Positions 1-11,013 of a stretch of 64,000 bases of DNA are shown here, piece by piece (the stretch's first letter is position 1; every line of letters starts with the position of its first letter). The position numbers and the translations under genes are program-made. The notes beneath the pieces were generated by a model that searched no databases, was not told the DNA's origin, and was given only the letters and a program-made list of their open reading frames with translations. The stretch is from Myxococcota bacterium (GTDB taxonomy: Bacteria; Myxococcota_A; Polyangia; Polyangiales; Houyiibacteriaceae), in NCBI GenBank assembly GCA_039030515.1, contig JBCCEA010000008.1, forward strand, positions 70,704-134,703, read 5' to 3'.

Positions 1-2
1 TC

Positions 3-545
3 ACGTACGGAACCAACCCAGGCATGGGCGTGCGGGTGACCGAGGCCGTGCCGCAGGAGTCCAGCTTTAGCGACCCTGGAGCGCGAGAAGCTTTTGGTAA
101 GGCGGTCCGCTACATGGGCATAGAGCCCGGCAAGCCGCTCATCGGGACACCGATCGACGTGGTATTCATCGGGAGCTGCACCAACTCACGTCTCAGTGAT
201 CTACGCCTCGCTGCGGAGGTACTCAAGGGACGCAAAGTCAAAGACAGCGTCTGCACGCTGGTCGTTCCCGGGAGCATGAGGGTCAAACAGCAAGCAGAGG
301 CGGAAGGCCTGCATGAGGTGTTCAAGGCGGCTGGCGCGCAGTGGCGAGAGCCAGGCTGCTCGATGTGCATCGCCATGAATGGCGACCAACTCAAGCCGGG
401 CCAATACGCAGTGTCGACCTCCAACCGTAATTTTGAAGGGCGGCAGGGCAAGGGAGGCAGAACCTTCCTCGCCTCACCCCTGACCGCGGCTGCCTCGGCT
501 ATCCAAGGTGAAGTCGCCGACGTTCGAGTGCTCCTGAACGGCTGA
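3..545 (+). CDS. leuC: 3-isopropylmalate dehydratase large subunit, C-terminal part (5' end outside window)
   Basis: Aconitase-family motifs [33 protein letters not shown]; frame open from window start (TYGTNPGM). Confidence 0.96.
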   Translation, partial: TYGTNPGMGVRVTEAVPQESSFSDPGAREAFGKAVRYMGIEPGKPLIGTPIDVVFIGSCTNSRLSDLRLAAEVLKGRKVKDSVCTLVVPGSMRVKQQAEAEGLHEVFKAAGAQWREPGCSMCIAMNGDQLKPGQYAVSTSNRNFEGRQGKGGRTFLASPLTAAASAIQGEVADVRVLLNG

Positions 546-640
546 GAACGCTGGATGAATCACAAATAGGAACCGTGACTCGCCGTCGAGACACAAAGAG
601 TTGGCTGCGCCGAGCGGCCTGATGGAAAGAATCAAAACCA

Positions 641-1237
641 ATGGCTCAGTTCACTACATTACGTTCCCGCGTCATTCCTCTTGATGCGCGAGATGTGGAT
701 ACCGACCAGATCATCCCTGCACGCTTTCTCAAAATCACCGACAAAGAAGGTCTCGCCGAAAAGTTGTTTCACGACTGGCGTTATCTGCCCGATGGATCGG
801 AAGACCCGGAGTTCATTACCAACAAGCCCGCCTGCCGCAACGCCCAGATACTCTTGGCAGGCGACAACTTCGGTTGTGGTTCGTCCCGCGAGCACGCCCC
901 CTGGGCTCTTTATGCATTTGGTATACGCGCGATTCTAAGCACGTCCTTTGCAGATATATTCAAAAACAATGCGTTAAAAAACGGACTGCTGCCCGTAGAG
1001 TTGCCGCCCGAAGAGATCACCGCGACGTTCAAGGCCAGGCAAGATAGGGAAGATATCGAGGTCAGCGTCGATCTCGAACATCAGACTGTTTCCTTACCGA
1101 CAGGTAAGCATGTCCGTTTTGAAGTGGACGGTTTTGCAAAACATTGTCTGTTGAACGGCATAGATCAGCTTGGGTACCTACAGTCTTTTGAGGCGCAAAT
1201 CCAAGACTACGAACAGCGAACCGACAAAAACCTCTAG
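641..1237 (+). CDS. leuD: 3-isopropylmalate dehydratase small subunit
   Basis: DVDTDQIIPARFL, NFGCGSSREHAPWAL, SFADIFKNN motifs; follows leuC. Confidence 0.96.
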   Translation: MAQFTTLRSRVIPLDARDVDTDQIIPARFLKITDKEGLAEKLFHDWRYLPDGSEDPEFITNKPACRNAQILLAGDNFGCGSSREHAPWALYAFGIRAILSTSFADIFKNNALKNGLLPVELPPEEITATFKARQDREDIEVSVDLEHQTVSLPTGKHVRFEVDGFAKHCLLNGIDQLGYLQSFEAQIQDYEQRTDKNL

Positions 1238-1245
1238 GTTCTATA

Positions 1246-2946
1246 ATGGACACAAGTCAGCCACTACGCTCCACGAGTTCGACAGTCCGTCTCTACGATA
1301 CGACTCTGCGTGACGGGACCCAGAGAGAAGGTCTTTCTTTCTCGTGCAAAGACAAGATACGAATCGCAAAGCGACTGGACGAGTTTGGTTTTACGTTTGT
1401 CGAGGGAGGCTGGCCCGGAAGCAACCCAAAGGATCAGGAGTTCTTCGAGAGAACCAAATATCTCGAGCTTTCTAACGCGAAACTAACCGCGTTTGGTTCC
1501 ACAAGACGCGCGAATAAGAGCCCAGCAGAGGACCCTCAAATCACCTCCCTGCTCGGCGCAGAAACCTCCGTTTGTACCGTATTCGGCAAGAGCTCATTAC
1601 TGCACGTATGCGAAGTGCTCCGGACAACTCGCGAGGAAAACCTCGACATGATCGAAGACACCGTCCGCTTTCTGCGTAGTCAGGGGCGGCGGGTACTGTA
1701 CGATGCAGAGCACTTTTTCGATGGATACAAGGAAGACGCTGCGTACGCGGTAGAGACACTTTGGGCGGCCATTCGAGGCGGCGCTGAGGTATTGGTGCTG
1801 TGCGACACAAACGGCGGATCGCTGCCTTGGGAGATCGAACCTGTCGTGCGGAGCCTTGTCGACCAGCTCGACGATCATCCATTGGGCATTCACGCCCACG
1901 ACGATACCGGTTGTGGCGTGGCCAACAGTCTCGCGGCGATACGTGGGGGCGCAAGGCACGTCCAAGGAACGATCAACGGCTACGGAGAACGATGTGGCAA
2001 CGCGAATCTCTGCGCCATCGTTCCCAATCTCGAGCTAAAACTCAATCTGGAATGCGTGGGTAGCGAAAAGCTGAAAGAGCTATTCGACATCGCTCATATG
2101 GTGAGTGAACTAGCCAACATGCTGCCAAACGAACACATGGCCTACGTGGGACACAGCGCCTTTGCCCACAAAGGGGGGGTCCATGTAGCGGCAATTCGAC
2201 GTGCACCTTCGAGCTATCAACATGTCGATCCGGAGAAAGTCGGCAACCGGTGTCGCGTGGTCGTCAGTGAGCTTTCGGGGCGAGGCAACGTTCTTTCCAA
2301 AGCTGAGGAGCTCGGTCTCCTGGTCGACGAACGTGTCGGACTGGAGATCCTAGAAGAGGTCAAGGCAAACGAGTCCAAAGGCATGGCTTACGAAGCAGCC
2401 GAGGCGTCTTTTGCCCTTCTCACAGCCCGCAAATCGAACGGGTATCAAGTACCCTTTGAGCTACTCGACTACCAGGTGACCGTGGGAAAGCGTACGGCGG
2501 AATCGGCCTCTTCGGATGCGAGCGTTCCCTATGTGGAAGCCACCGTCCGGGTCGCCGTAGGTGATGCGGTTCTTCATACCGCCTCTTCGGGCAACGGCCC
2601 GGTAAGCGCGCTCGATAAGGCACTGCGAAAAGCCTTGACCACCACCTATCCAGCGATCGAAGCGATTCAGCTTACCGACTACAAAGTACGTATCTTGGAC
2701 GGCAAAGACGGAACAAACGCCACAACCCGAGTGCTCATCGACCATCGTAAGCATGGACGTTCTTTTTCGACGGTAGGGGCGTGCGCAAACATCATAGCAG
2801 CGTCGCTTGCCGCGCTCGTAGACGGTATCGAATACGGACTCATGCTCGATAGTGAAGCGCAAGAGCGCAAAGGACCACAGTGGATAGGCCGTAAGGATCA
2901 CCCCGCCGAGACAACAGCCACTAGAATGAGGAGAACGATCTCATGA
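1246..2946 (+). CDS. cimA: Citramalate synthase (CimA-type member of the LeuA/DRE-TIM family)
   Basis: [54 protein letters not shown]-terminal allosteric domain ([16 protein letters not shown]). Confidence 0.85.
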   Translation: MDTSQPLRSTSSTVRLYDTTLRDGTQREGLSFSCKDKIRIAKRLDEFGFTFVEGGWPGSNPKDQEFFERTKYLELSNAKLTAFGSTRRANKSPAEDPQITSLLGAETSVCTVFGKSSLLHVCEVLRTTREENLDMIEDTVRFLRSQGRRVLYDAEHFFDGYKEDAAYAVETLWAAIRGGAEVLVLCDTNGGSLPWEIEPVVRSLVDQLDDHPLGIHAHDDTGCGVANSLAAIRGGARHVQGTINGYGERCGNANLCAIVPNLELKLNLECVGSEKLKELFDIAHMVSELANMLPNEHMAYVGHSAFAHKGGVHVAAIRRAPSSYQHVDPEKVGNRCRVVVSELSGRGNVLSKAEELGLLVDERVGLEILEEVKANESKGMAYEAAEASFALLTARKSNGYQVPFELLDYQVTVGKRTAESASSDASVPYVEATVRVAVGDAVLHTASSGNGPVSALDKALRKALTTTYPAIEAIQLTDYKVRILDGKDGTNATTRVLIDHRKHGRSFSTVGACANIIAASLAALVDGIEYGLMLDSEAQERKGPQWIGRKDHPAETTATRMRRTIS

Positions 2947-4019
2947 ACGCACGCATTGTGCTCTTGCCCGGAGACGGAATTGGGCCCGAAATCATAGCGG
3001 CAACCGAAAAGGTTCTTTTGACAGTAGCCGAGCAAATGAACCATAGTTTTTCTTTTGAGCGTTGTCTCATTGGCGGAGCCGCCATCGACGAATTCGGCGT
3101 CGCCCTACCCGAATCAACCCAGGCAGCCTGCATGCAGGCGGATGCGATCCTGCTCGGAGCGGTAGGCGGACCCAAGTGGGACGATCCAAACGCCAAGGTT
3201 CGACCTGAGCAGGGCTTGCTCGGGATTCGCAAAGCGATGGGTCTTTTCGCCAATCTGCGACCGGTAAAGCCCGTCGCTGGACTCGAGTCCGCATCTCCAC
3301 TTAAAGCCGAGCGACTCGACGGTGTCGATATTCTCATGGTTCGTGAACTCACCGGAGGAATCTACTTCGGCACGCCCCGCACTCGGGAGAGCCAAAATGG
3401 AGAACGACGAGCCCTCGACACGATGGTGTATTCGGAAAGCGAGGTCCGTCGCGTAGTACGTTTGGCATGCACCATAGCGATGGGGAGACGCAAACGAGTC
3501 ACCTCCGTAGACAAGGCCAACGTGCTCGAATCGTCACGTCTTTGGAGAACTGTTGCTGATGAGGTGGCACGTGAGTTCCCGGAGATCACCCTCCAACATC
3601 AGCTGGTCGATTCGGCCGCTATGCAGCTGATCACGAGCCCGTCCAACTTCGATGTCGTTGTGACCGGAAACATGTTTGGAGACATTCTCAGTGACGAAGC
3701 AGCGGTGCTCACCGGAAGCCTAGGACTTTTGCCGAGTGCCTCGCTGGCGGAAGCGCGCTGTGGACTTTACGAACCGATCCACGGATCCGCTCCCGATATC
3801 GCGGGCAAGGGAATCGCCAATCCGCTAGGTACGATCCTCAGCGCTGCCATGCTACTGAGACACAGTCTTGAGCTTGAGCCTGCAGCAAAGTGTGTCGAGT
3901 TCGCCGTCGCACAGGTCCTCAAAGAGGGAATCCGAACCGCAGACCTCGGAGGAGACGCAACCACTGCGGCAGTCACCGAAGCAGTCTCCCGCGCAATCCA
4001 AACGAACACTGCTGCTTAA
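2943..4019 (+). CDS. leuB: 3-isopropylmalate dehydrogenase
   Basis: [54 protein letters not shown] overlap with cimA. Confidence 0.96.
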   Translation: MNARIVLLPGDGIGPEIIAATEKVLLTVAEQMNHSFSFERCLIGGAAIDEFGVALPESTQAACMQADAILLGAVGGPKWDDPNAKVRPEQGLLGIRKAMGLFANLRPVKPVAGLESASPLKAERLDGVDILMVRELTGGIYFGTPRTRESQNGERRALDTMVYSESEVRRVVRLACTIAMGRRKRVTSVDKANVLESSRLWRTVADEVAREFPEITLQHQLVDSAAMQLITSPSNFDVVVTGNMFGDILSDEAAVLTGSLGLLPSASLAEARCGLYEPIHGSAPDIAGKGIANPLGTILSAAMLLRHSLELEPAAKCVEFAVAQVLKEGIRTADLGGDATTAAVTEAVSRAIQTNTAA

Positions 4020-4518
4020 CGCCTGCGTCGTAGCTCAGTCGGACCTACTCTAGGGCAGCCCTGTGCGACTTTTTCTTGTGTCACGGCCACAAGGCCGATG
4101 GCTGTTAGGGCTTGTTCATGTTCGCATGATGGCGAATCAGCAGTTCGACTTATTTGCGACTTTATCATGCTGGTCGCTAAGGCAGTTCAAAACGACGATT
4201 CGTTCATGAATGGCGTGAACGAGTTGCCAGGCTGAGGATCAGCAGCGGTTGGCACGCGATAACGGCCCGTGCGTGCAGCGACGTGTTGGGCCGGAATCAG
4301 CTCTGCGCTACGAGGCGCGAACACCGGGGCCATCTGAAACGACAGCGCTGTTGAACGTTGAGAAATGGCTGTAGATGGCACAAGTCGCAGCCGGGACAGG
4401 ACCCATCCTCAAGCGGTCACAAAAGAGTTCCGGAAGACGGAACCTATGGCCCACCGAGCTCGCGCAAAATCACCCGGTCAGTGCTGGAACAAGCCTCCGT
4501 CACCAGGGAATCCCAACG

Positions 4519-7500
4519 ATGCGACATAGACCTTTGTTTTTAATTGTTTTCATCTACATGAAAGGCCCGCTCTTGGCAGAGGCACAGGAGGCGCCGGAAG
4601 ACGAAACGTCTACTAGACCGTCAGTTCAACAGACTGCAGACCCGGTACGGATGGCGACGCAGATCGAGCAACTCATTGCGGGAGAGCTCGATCCTATGAT
4701 CGATCCTGCGCAGCTGTTCTCAGCGGCAGTTGAGGATCTTCCAGAGTTGTTCGCGACGAGTGCACCGGAAACTCGCACCAGAGAGACCCGTCCGGGCCGA
4801 CATCTTGTCGATGCACGCCGGGCGTTCCTTGCACTTCCAGCCGACGAAAGGCAGCGCGTCTTACAAGAACACGAGATACGTCACGACCGAGCACGAGCCG
4901 ATGAGCGACAACAGCGTTCTCTTAGACAAGCACTCGCGGCCACTCTTGCCCAATCCAGACAACTTGCCGCATTCCTTGAAGGAACACTCTCTGCAGAGGT
5001 CGATCCAAGCGCCTTTCTTGTGGTCGATCTCCTAAACGAGCGAGAAGTTGCTCTGAACCAGAAACGACGATCTACGTTCACAAGCCCGGAGCAAGAGTCT
5101 GAAGAGCCTACGGCCGAAGGTCGATCACAGCCGCTTCAACTTCAGCTGCGTACTGCATATCGACAACTCGATCGTCTTCGTGGACGATACGCGGCCCTAT
5201 CTGTCGATGCGCGTACGGAGCTTCATCGACGACACGCAGACGCACTTCAGATAGCGTCGCCCAACACCACTATCGTCCGTGCAGAGGCAGAAAGGGCTGC
5301 AGAGCGGGCCGCCTCGGAACGAGAGCAAGCGCTCGAGGATTCCCGCAACGCACGCTCAGAGGCGCTACGCGTTCTGGCGGAGGAACGCGCTTTGCTGCTT
5401 GGAGTGCGCGAAAACCAAGCCCAATTTTCACTGGAGCTCGCACAGCAGCACGAGCTCATGGACGTGAGTCGTGAGGAGGCACTTGGATGGGTGCGACGGG
5501 TTCGCGATCTTGCAAAAAGGTCGCTCCTGGAGGACGGGCGTCAACAAGACGCTGACCGTCTATATGGCCGTCTGGTCAGCGCCCTGAACGACTCTCGCTC
5601 TGCCTTAGGCCGAAAACTTGAATCCATCAGTTCGAGAGAACGTGCCGCCCCCGGTCCTGCCGCTGCCCCAAATGTCCCCGGTCATATCGACGCCCGAGAC
5701 GTCGATATCCTCTACGACGAGCTCCGGACCTCCGAGGCGCGTTTGTCCGTCGAGTCCGAGACCATTCAGTGGGAGCACGCAGAGGTCTTACGAGACTCAG
5801 TCGTGCAAATGAACAAGGCACGGCTGCGTCTTCTTGAAAATCTAACGCCATCCAAGCGGGCGTCGCTGCGTGGATTCGGCGCGGAGGGGATTCGACAGGC
5901 GTCGCGCGAGATGGAGCAAATTGGGCTCGAAATTCGCTTTCATATTCTTGAACTGCCGCGCTTTTTCCAAACGAAGCTCGAGGAGTTACGCTCGTCGCCC
6001 CTGCCCGTGCTTCTTTCCCTCCTGCAGTTCGTCTTCTTGGTGGTGCTTTTCCGCGCCTGGCGGCGGCGCGCCGATGGCGTTCTCGACGAAGCCTACAAGC
6101 ACTATGATCAAAAGCGGCTGCATTCTGTGGCGAAGCGCGTACCGGCGGTTCTTTTCTGGTACTTGAAACAGCTGCGTCGACCGGTCGAATGGCTTGCATT
6201 CGCTGCGGTGCTGGTGGGTATTGTAGCGGACATTGGCGACCTTCCCGAGATCGAATACGTGTGGATTGTGGTGCTGTGGACGCTTGTGGGCAGCCTAGTC
6301 GTTCGCCTCGTCAATGCCGTCGCTGGACGCCAAAGCCTTAAGGACGCGTCCGCGACGCTTCGAATCCGCTCGCTTCGAGTAGTCGGCGTGACCGTAGTGC
6401 TTCTCGGGCTGGTGCTTTCTCTTACAGAGTCAAGCGTGGGCCAAGGGGCCATCTACAACTGGGTGCTAAGTACCTGTTGGGTTCTCGCTGTTCCGATCGC
6501 GCTGTTGCTAGTTTACTGGTGGCGCCCCACGGTGCTCGCTCGCGCTCGTTCCAAGCACAACCCCTCGCCAGTCATCCGATGGGTTGCGTCCAAAGATCGA
6601 GGACTTGTCAGTTTCTCGGCTGCGGCGATTGGCGGTGTTTCGTTGCTTTTCGATGGCCTCAAACGCTACGCGCTTCGACAAGCAGCCAATTTCACCGTGA
6701 TGCAGGGTTTACTCGCATACCTCTTTCGCCGAGAGGTTGAGAAACAGGCGGAGATTCGAGGGGCAGGGGCCAGCTATGAGCCACTCGACGATGCACCGTA
6801 TTCGGCACTCGGAACCGACGTTGCCTCGAGCCATCTTGTGGAAAGAATCATGGCAAATGAAGTTAACGTGGTTCGCGAGCTCATCAAAGGCGGTAGTTGC
6901 GCCACCATCGCGGTGGTAGGTGAGCGCGGTCTAGGAAAGACTACATTCTTTGATCGGGCGACTGCACACGTCAGCGCAAACGAGGTCATTCGCATCAGCT
7001 GCCAGCCTGGCGGATTTGAGGTCGTTCTCGGCCAGCTGGCTGATGCGATGTGCCTTGAGGGTACCGTATCCGAGGCTCGGTTGGTCGAAGCGGTCCGAAT
7101 TCGCTCTCCCCGCGTCGTCGCTATCGATGACGCGCATCGTCTCGTGCGCCCCTTGATTGGAGGCCTGAGAGATATCGATCGGCTCACCGACCTCGCACGA
7201 GCCGTGGGAGGCACGACCGCATGGATGCTCGCGGTCGACACGCCAGCTTGGCAGTACCTCCGGCGGGCCCGAGGAGATCGCGCCATCTTCGACGACGTCA
7301 TTCGTCTCACCCGCTGGAAAGAAAAAGACATCCGAGAACTCGTCCAAAACAGGTCTACCCAGGCGGGTCTAACCCCGCGCTACGACGACCTGCTTGTCCC
7401 AAGAGAAATCGATGCATCGGGATACGGTACCGAACGGGATGATACGGAGCGCGACTTCATTCGAATCCTGTGTGACTATACAGACGGTAATCCAGCAGTT

Positions 7501-7830
7501 GCGCTGCATTTCTTCAGAGAGTCTCTGAGCGTTCGAGACGAAGAGGTTTATGTTCGATTGTTCAAGCGACCTCCCATGACAGAGCTCGAAAATCTACCCT
7601 CGAGTGTGTACTTTGTGTTGCGTTCGATCGTGCAGTTGGATTTGGCCTCGGAAGCGGACGTGGTTTCGTGCACTCACCTTCACCCATCGGACGTTGCCGG
7701 CGCCTTACGGTCTGCTCGCAGCCGGAGTTACATCGAAGAGGTGGACAATCGCGTGCAGGTGTCGATCGGCTGGTTCCGAGCTGTGACCTCCGTCCTCAGA
7801 CGGCAACATTTACTGATGGAAACGCCATGA
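4519..7830 (+). CDS. Large membrane protein: signal-like N-terminus, coiled-coil domain, ~6-7 TM helices, C-terminal P-loop/AAA-like ATPase
   Basis: Walker A GERGLGKT and Walker B VVAIDD; hydrophobic helices in the central third. Start at ATG 4519 (MRHRPLFLIVF) preferred over 4375. Confidence 0.75.
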   Translation: MRHRPLFLIVFIYMKGPLLAEAQEAPEDETSTRPSVQQTADPVRMATQIEQLIAGELDPMIDPAQLFSAAVEDLPELFATSAPETRTRETRPGRHLVDARRAFLALPADERQRVLQEHEIRHDRARADERQQRSLRQALAATLAQSRQLAAFLEGTLSAEVDPSAFLVVDLLNEREVALNQKRRSTFTSPEQESEEPTAEGRSQPLQLQLRTAYRQLDRLRGRYAALSVDARTELHRRHADALQIASPNTTIVRAEAERAAERAASEREQALEDSRNARSEALRVLAEERALLLGVRENQAQFSLELAQQHELMDVSREEALGWVRRVRDLAKRSLLEDGRQQDADRLYGRLVSALNDSRSALGRKLESISSRERAAPGPAAAPNVPGHIDARDVDILYDELRTSEARLSVESETIQWEHAEVLRDSVVQMNKARLRLLENLTPSKRASLRGFGAEGIRQASREMEQIGLEIRFHILELPRFFQTKLEELRSSPLPVLLSLLQFVFLVVLFRAWRRRADGVLDEAYKHYDQKRLHSVAKRVPAVLFWYLKQLRRPVEWLAFAAVLVGIVADIGDLPEIEYVWIVVLWTLVGSLVVRLVNAVAGRQSLKDASATLRIRSLRVVGVTVVLLGLVLSLTESSVGQGAIYNWVLSTCWVLAVPIALLLVYWWRPTVLARARSKHNPSPVIRWVASKDRGLVSFSAAAIGGVSLLFDGLKRYALRQAANFTVMQGLLAYLFRREVEKQAEIRGAGASYEPLDDAPYSALGTDVASSHLVERIMANEVNVVRELIKGGSCATIAVVGERGLGKTTFFDRATAHVSANEVIRISCQPGGFEVVLGQLADAMCLEGTVSEARLVEAVRIRSPRVVAIDDAHRLVRPLIGGLRDIDRLTDLARAVGGTTAWMLAVDTPAWQYLRRARGDRAIFDDVIRLTRWKEKDIRELVQNRSTQAGLTPRYDDLLVPREIDASGYGTERDDTERDFIRILCDYTDGNPAVALHFFRESLSVRDEEVYVRLFKRPPMTELENLPSSVYFVLRSIVQLDLASEADVVSCTHLHPSDVAGALRSARSRSYIEEVDNRVQVSIGWFRAVTSVLRRQHLLMETP

Positions 7831-8774
7831 AGTCTCGTTTTCTAGGTTTCTGCACCATCACTGTCGCATGGGTTATTCCCACCTTGACGTCAGCTCAGGA
7901 CACCAACCCCGAAGCGATCTCTCAACTTGCACGCTTGATTCGTTGGAGTGGCGTGGTCACCTCGCTTTTCTTGGTGCTCGCGGTCTGGTTCGGCCTACGA
8001 ATCTCCAAAAACTTTTTCGAGAGGATGAGCAAACAGTTTCCTGCGCGTCGTCTCTTCCTTCAGAAAGTTGCGACGATTCTTCAATTCGTCGTCTACGTGA
8101 TGACTGCATCGGCCGTCATCGTGCTCAGCGTTCGGGTCGACCAAACCGTCCTCGCTCTGATCGGTGGCACACTGGCGGTGTCGATCGGTTTCGCTATTCG
8201 CGATGTAGTGGCATCGTTTATCGCCGGTATCATGATTATGGTGGATCGCCCGTTTCAGGTGGGAGATCGCGTTTCTTTCGGTGGTGAGTACGGTGATATT
8301 ACCGCGATTGGTCTCCGCTCTGTCCGCATGCAGACCCTCGATGACAACACGGTCACGATACCAAACAATAAGTTCATCACAGACATCACTTCCTGCGGAA
8401 ACTACGGTGCACTCGATATGCAGATCGTGATGGACTTCTATATTGGGGTCGATCAGGACATCGGTGAGGCACGGAACGTCGCAACCGAAGCGGCACTCAC
8501 GAGCCGGTATATTCATCTTCCCAAACCGGTAGTCGTGCTGGTCAACCAGGTGATTCAGGGCAACTACGTCGCTGTCCGACTTCGCCTCAAAGCGTACGTG
8601 CTGGACACACGTTATGAGAAAGCCTTCGAGACCGACGTCAACCTGCGAGTAATGAAAACCTTTTGCGAGCGTGGAATTCACCCCCCTGCAATCCTGCATC
8701 GAATGACCGCCATCGATATCCAACCGTCGCTCATGGCCTTGGCAACACCGCCAGAAAAGACCCAGTCCAATTGA
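7827..8774 (+). CDS. MscS-family mechanosensitive channel
   Basis: IGFAIRDVVASFIAG, RPFQVGDRV, YGDITAIGLRS, VTIPN motifs; ATG 7827 overlaps the stop of the ATPase gene (ATGA). Confidence 0.9.
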   Translation: MKSRFLGFCTITVAWVIPTLTSAQDTNPEAISQLARLIRWSGVVTSLFLVLAVWFGLRISKNFFERMSKQFPARRLFLQKVATILQFVVYVMTASAVIVLSVRVDQTVLALIGGTLAVSIGFAIRDVVASFIAGIMIMVDRPFQVGDRVSFGGEYGDITAIGLRSVRMQTLDDNTVTIPNNKFITDITSCGNYGALDMQIVMDFYIGVDQDIGEARNVATEAALTSRYIHLPKPVVVLVNQVIQGNYVAVRLRLKAYVLDTRYEKAFETDVNLRVMKTFCERGIHPPAILHRMTAIDIQPSLMALATPPEKTQSN

Positions 8775-9555
8775 GCTCGCAGCATGGCCCAAAAGTTGTG
8801 ACCGCGGTTGTCCGCCTCGTGTCCCTTAGGTCGACTAGCATTGGCTTTTCGTCAAGCGCACGAACCGAATCGACCCGACCGTAACGCCAATCCTCAGTCA
8901 ATTCATTCGGTGGTCGGTACTCGTCGCGGCCACGGTGGCGGCACTGGACAAACTGGGCGTCGAGACCTCGAGCGTGCTCGCTTTCCTCGGCGCAGTAGGC
9001 CTTGCGGTGGGCTTGGCTCTCAAAGAGACACTCGGCGACGCTGCATCCGGAATCATGCTCTTAGCGCGTCGCCCCTTCGTGGTCGGAGACAGCGTCGACA
9101 TTGGAGGAAACGTCGGGACCATCGCCGGGCTAGACGTCTTCGAGACGGAGCTCATCAGGACAGACGGCGTTCCGGTCATTATTCCGAACAGCAAAATCAG
9201 ATCTGGAGAAATCCGTAATTTCACGAGAGCAAGGCGTCGTCGTGCAGACCTTCACGTACGGGTGAGTTACGATGAGGATCTGGGGCGGGCGATCGAAGTG
9301 ATACATGACGCCATTCGGAGGGCTCCGACGGTGCTGGAAGAGCCCACTCCTTTAGTGGACGCGCAGGAGCTCGGCGAAAATGCGGTTCGGCTTCTGGTAA
9401 GAGTTTGGACCTCCCCCGACGAACACATCGAAAAAACTCTTCAGCTAACTCGACAAATCAAGGATCGTCTCGAGGAAGCCGGCTTTGCACCACCGATCCC
9501 TCGGCGTGAGATTCGAGTGATCGAAGAAGGAGCGATTCGAACAAACGTCGACTGA
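8771..9555 (+). pseudogene. Second MscS-family gene with disrupted or truncated 5' end
   Basis: GLAVGLALK, RPFVVGDSVDIG, VIIPNSKI motifs. The frame reads back only to ~8839 (HWLFVKRTNRIDPTVTPILSQFIRW), with TAG at 8827 and 8836. A TM1-like fragment (QHGPKVVTAVV) lies in another frame. Confidence 0.55.
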
Positions 9556-9993
9556 TGAGGCGTGGTGTTGCCATGGTCCTCTCCGAACCGTTCTTCGCGT
9601 TACTGAGGAAGGATGGCTCACACGCGTGCGCGATTCGAGGCTCCGGGAAGGGATTACCACCGTCACTGACGACGTTCATGGCTGTCGCAATCCCCTACGA
9701 CGCCAGGCAGACCATCGTCTTGTCAGTCTGTAGCGATCCGAGAGGGCGTTCATCGCTTCCCCATAAACCGTGACCGTTCGGCAATCTCCAAGCTCGAGTC
9801 ATTTGGTCAATTCTAGAACGTTCCCCGTTGGTTCCTTGGAGACATCACTTGTGGGACTCATCTCCTCACAAGCTTCTCCTGTCCACTGAAGATCCTAACA
9901 GTTTGGTCCATCTCCGGTCTGAGTTTGACTCGTTATCTTCTCACCCCTATCGCCAAATAGGGACTTGGTACGAAGTATGCTTCTAAGCGCGAT

Positions 9994-11013
9994 GTGGGCG
10001 ATCAAGAGAAATGCATCACGACGCGAAACTCCGTCGACAAAGAGACCGAAAACCTCGTTCCAATGCGAACAAGTATGGTGTCAAGCACTGCAAGCCTACT
10101 GCAAGGAGTCAAAACACCCGCGGCTCGCGAGTGTTCGCGAAGCCACAGTCATCTCCGAAGAAAGAGGGTCAAGCCTCCCTGTCAGCTTGGAGATACTCTG
10201 GCCAAACGGTACCGCCTCGATATGCTGATCGGCCAGGGTGGCACAGCCACCATCTACGAAGCCCTAGACCTGCAACTGGAGCGCTATGTTGCACTAAAGG
10301 TACGCAGAAAGGACACCACAGACTACGTTTCCGCACTCAAAAAAGAAGCTTACCATATGCTCCTGCTGAATCACCCGAACGTATTGAAATGCTATCAATA
10401 CGATCAATGGAGAGGAGTGGAGTACCTCGTACTAGAAAGAATCCGGGGTAAGGATGCTCGTCAAAAGATGAAAGAGAGCCCTGATGGCCAATTGGGCGTC
10501 CATGATGCTGCATCTATCGGTATTCAAATACTTCAGGCGCTTTCACACATACACCAAGAGGGCGTGGTCCATGGGGATGTCAAACCTCGCAACATCCTCA
10601 TCGATACATATGGTGATGCGACGCTATGTGATTTCGGAGCTTCTCAAACGACGAAGGAAGGTGCTGGTGAGAAGCTTATTTGCACTGCAGGATACGTGAG
10701 TCCAGAACGTCTCAGAGGGCACGGCTCTGACATCCGAAGCGATCTATATTCACTTGGCATGACAATTTTTTCACTGGCCAATGGTGCGCCGGCATTTGGT
10801 AGGGATCCTGAGCAAGCGATCGAGGGAAACTTAAACAAAAGACCTCCGCTTCGTTCCGCCTTGCCACCGCCGCTTCACAAGGTCGTTCGAAAATCCTTGG
10901 CTAAGTCACCACACGATCGCTATCAAACTGCAAAGCAAATGGAAGCCGCCGTCGTTCGAGCGCTAGATCGCATCAGAGTCCGGCAGCGCCTATCGCCGCT
11001 CCAACTCCTCTAA
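9994..11013 (+). CDS. Eukaryotic-like Ser/Thr protein kinase (catalytic domain only)
   Basis: IGQGGTATIY, VALK, HGDVKPRN, DFG, TAGYVSPE, SDLYSLG; start uncertain (9994 or 10063). Confidence 0.9.
   Translation: MGDQEKCITTRNSVDKETENLVPMRTSMVSSTASLLQGVKTPAARECSRSHSHLRRKRVKPPCQLGDTLAKRYRLDMLIGQGGTATIYEALDLQLERYVALKVRRKDTTDYVSALKKEAYHMLLLNHPNVLKCYQYDQWRGVEYLVLERIRGKDARQKMKESPDGQLGVHDAASIGIQILQALSHIHQEGVVHGDVKPRNILIDTYGDATLCDFGASQTTKEGAGEKLICTAGYVSPERLRGHGSDIRSDLYSLGMTIFSLANGAPAFGRDPEQAIEGNLNKRPPLRSALPPPLHKVVRKSLAKSPHDRYQTAKQMEAAVVRALDRIRVRQRLSPLQLL

Noticed and set aside
4025..4110. tRNA-like start (GCGTCGTAGCTCAGTCGGA) after leuB
   Set aside because: No anticodon arm, no correctly placed TTCG T-loop and no acceptor-stem complement.
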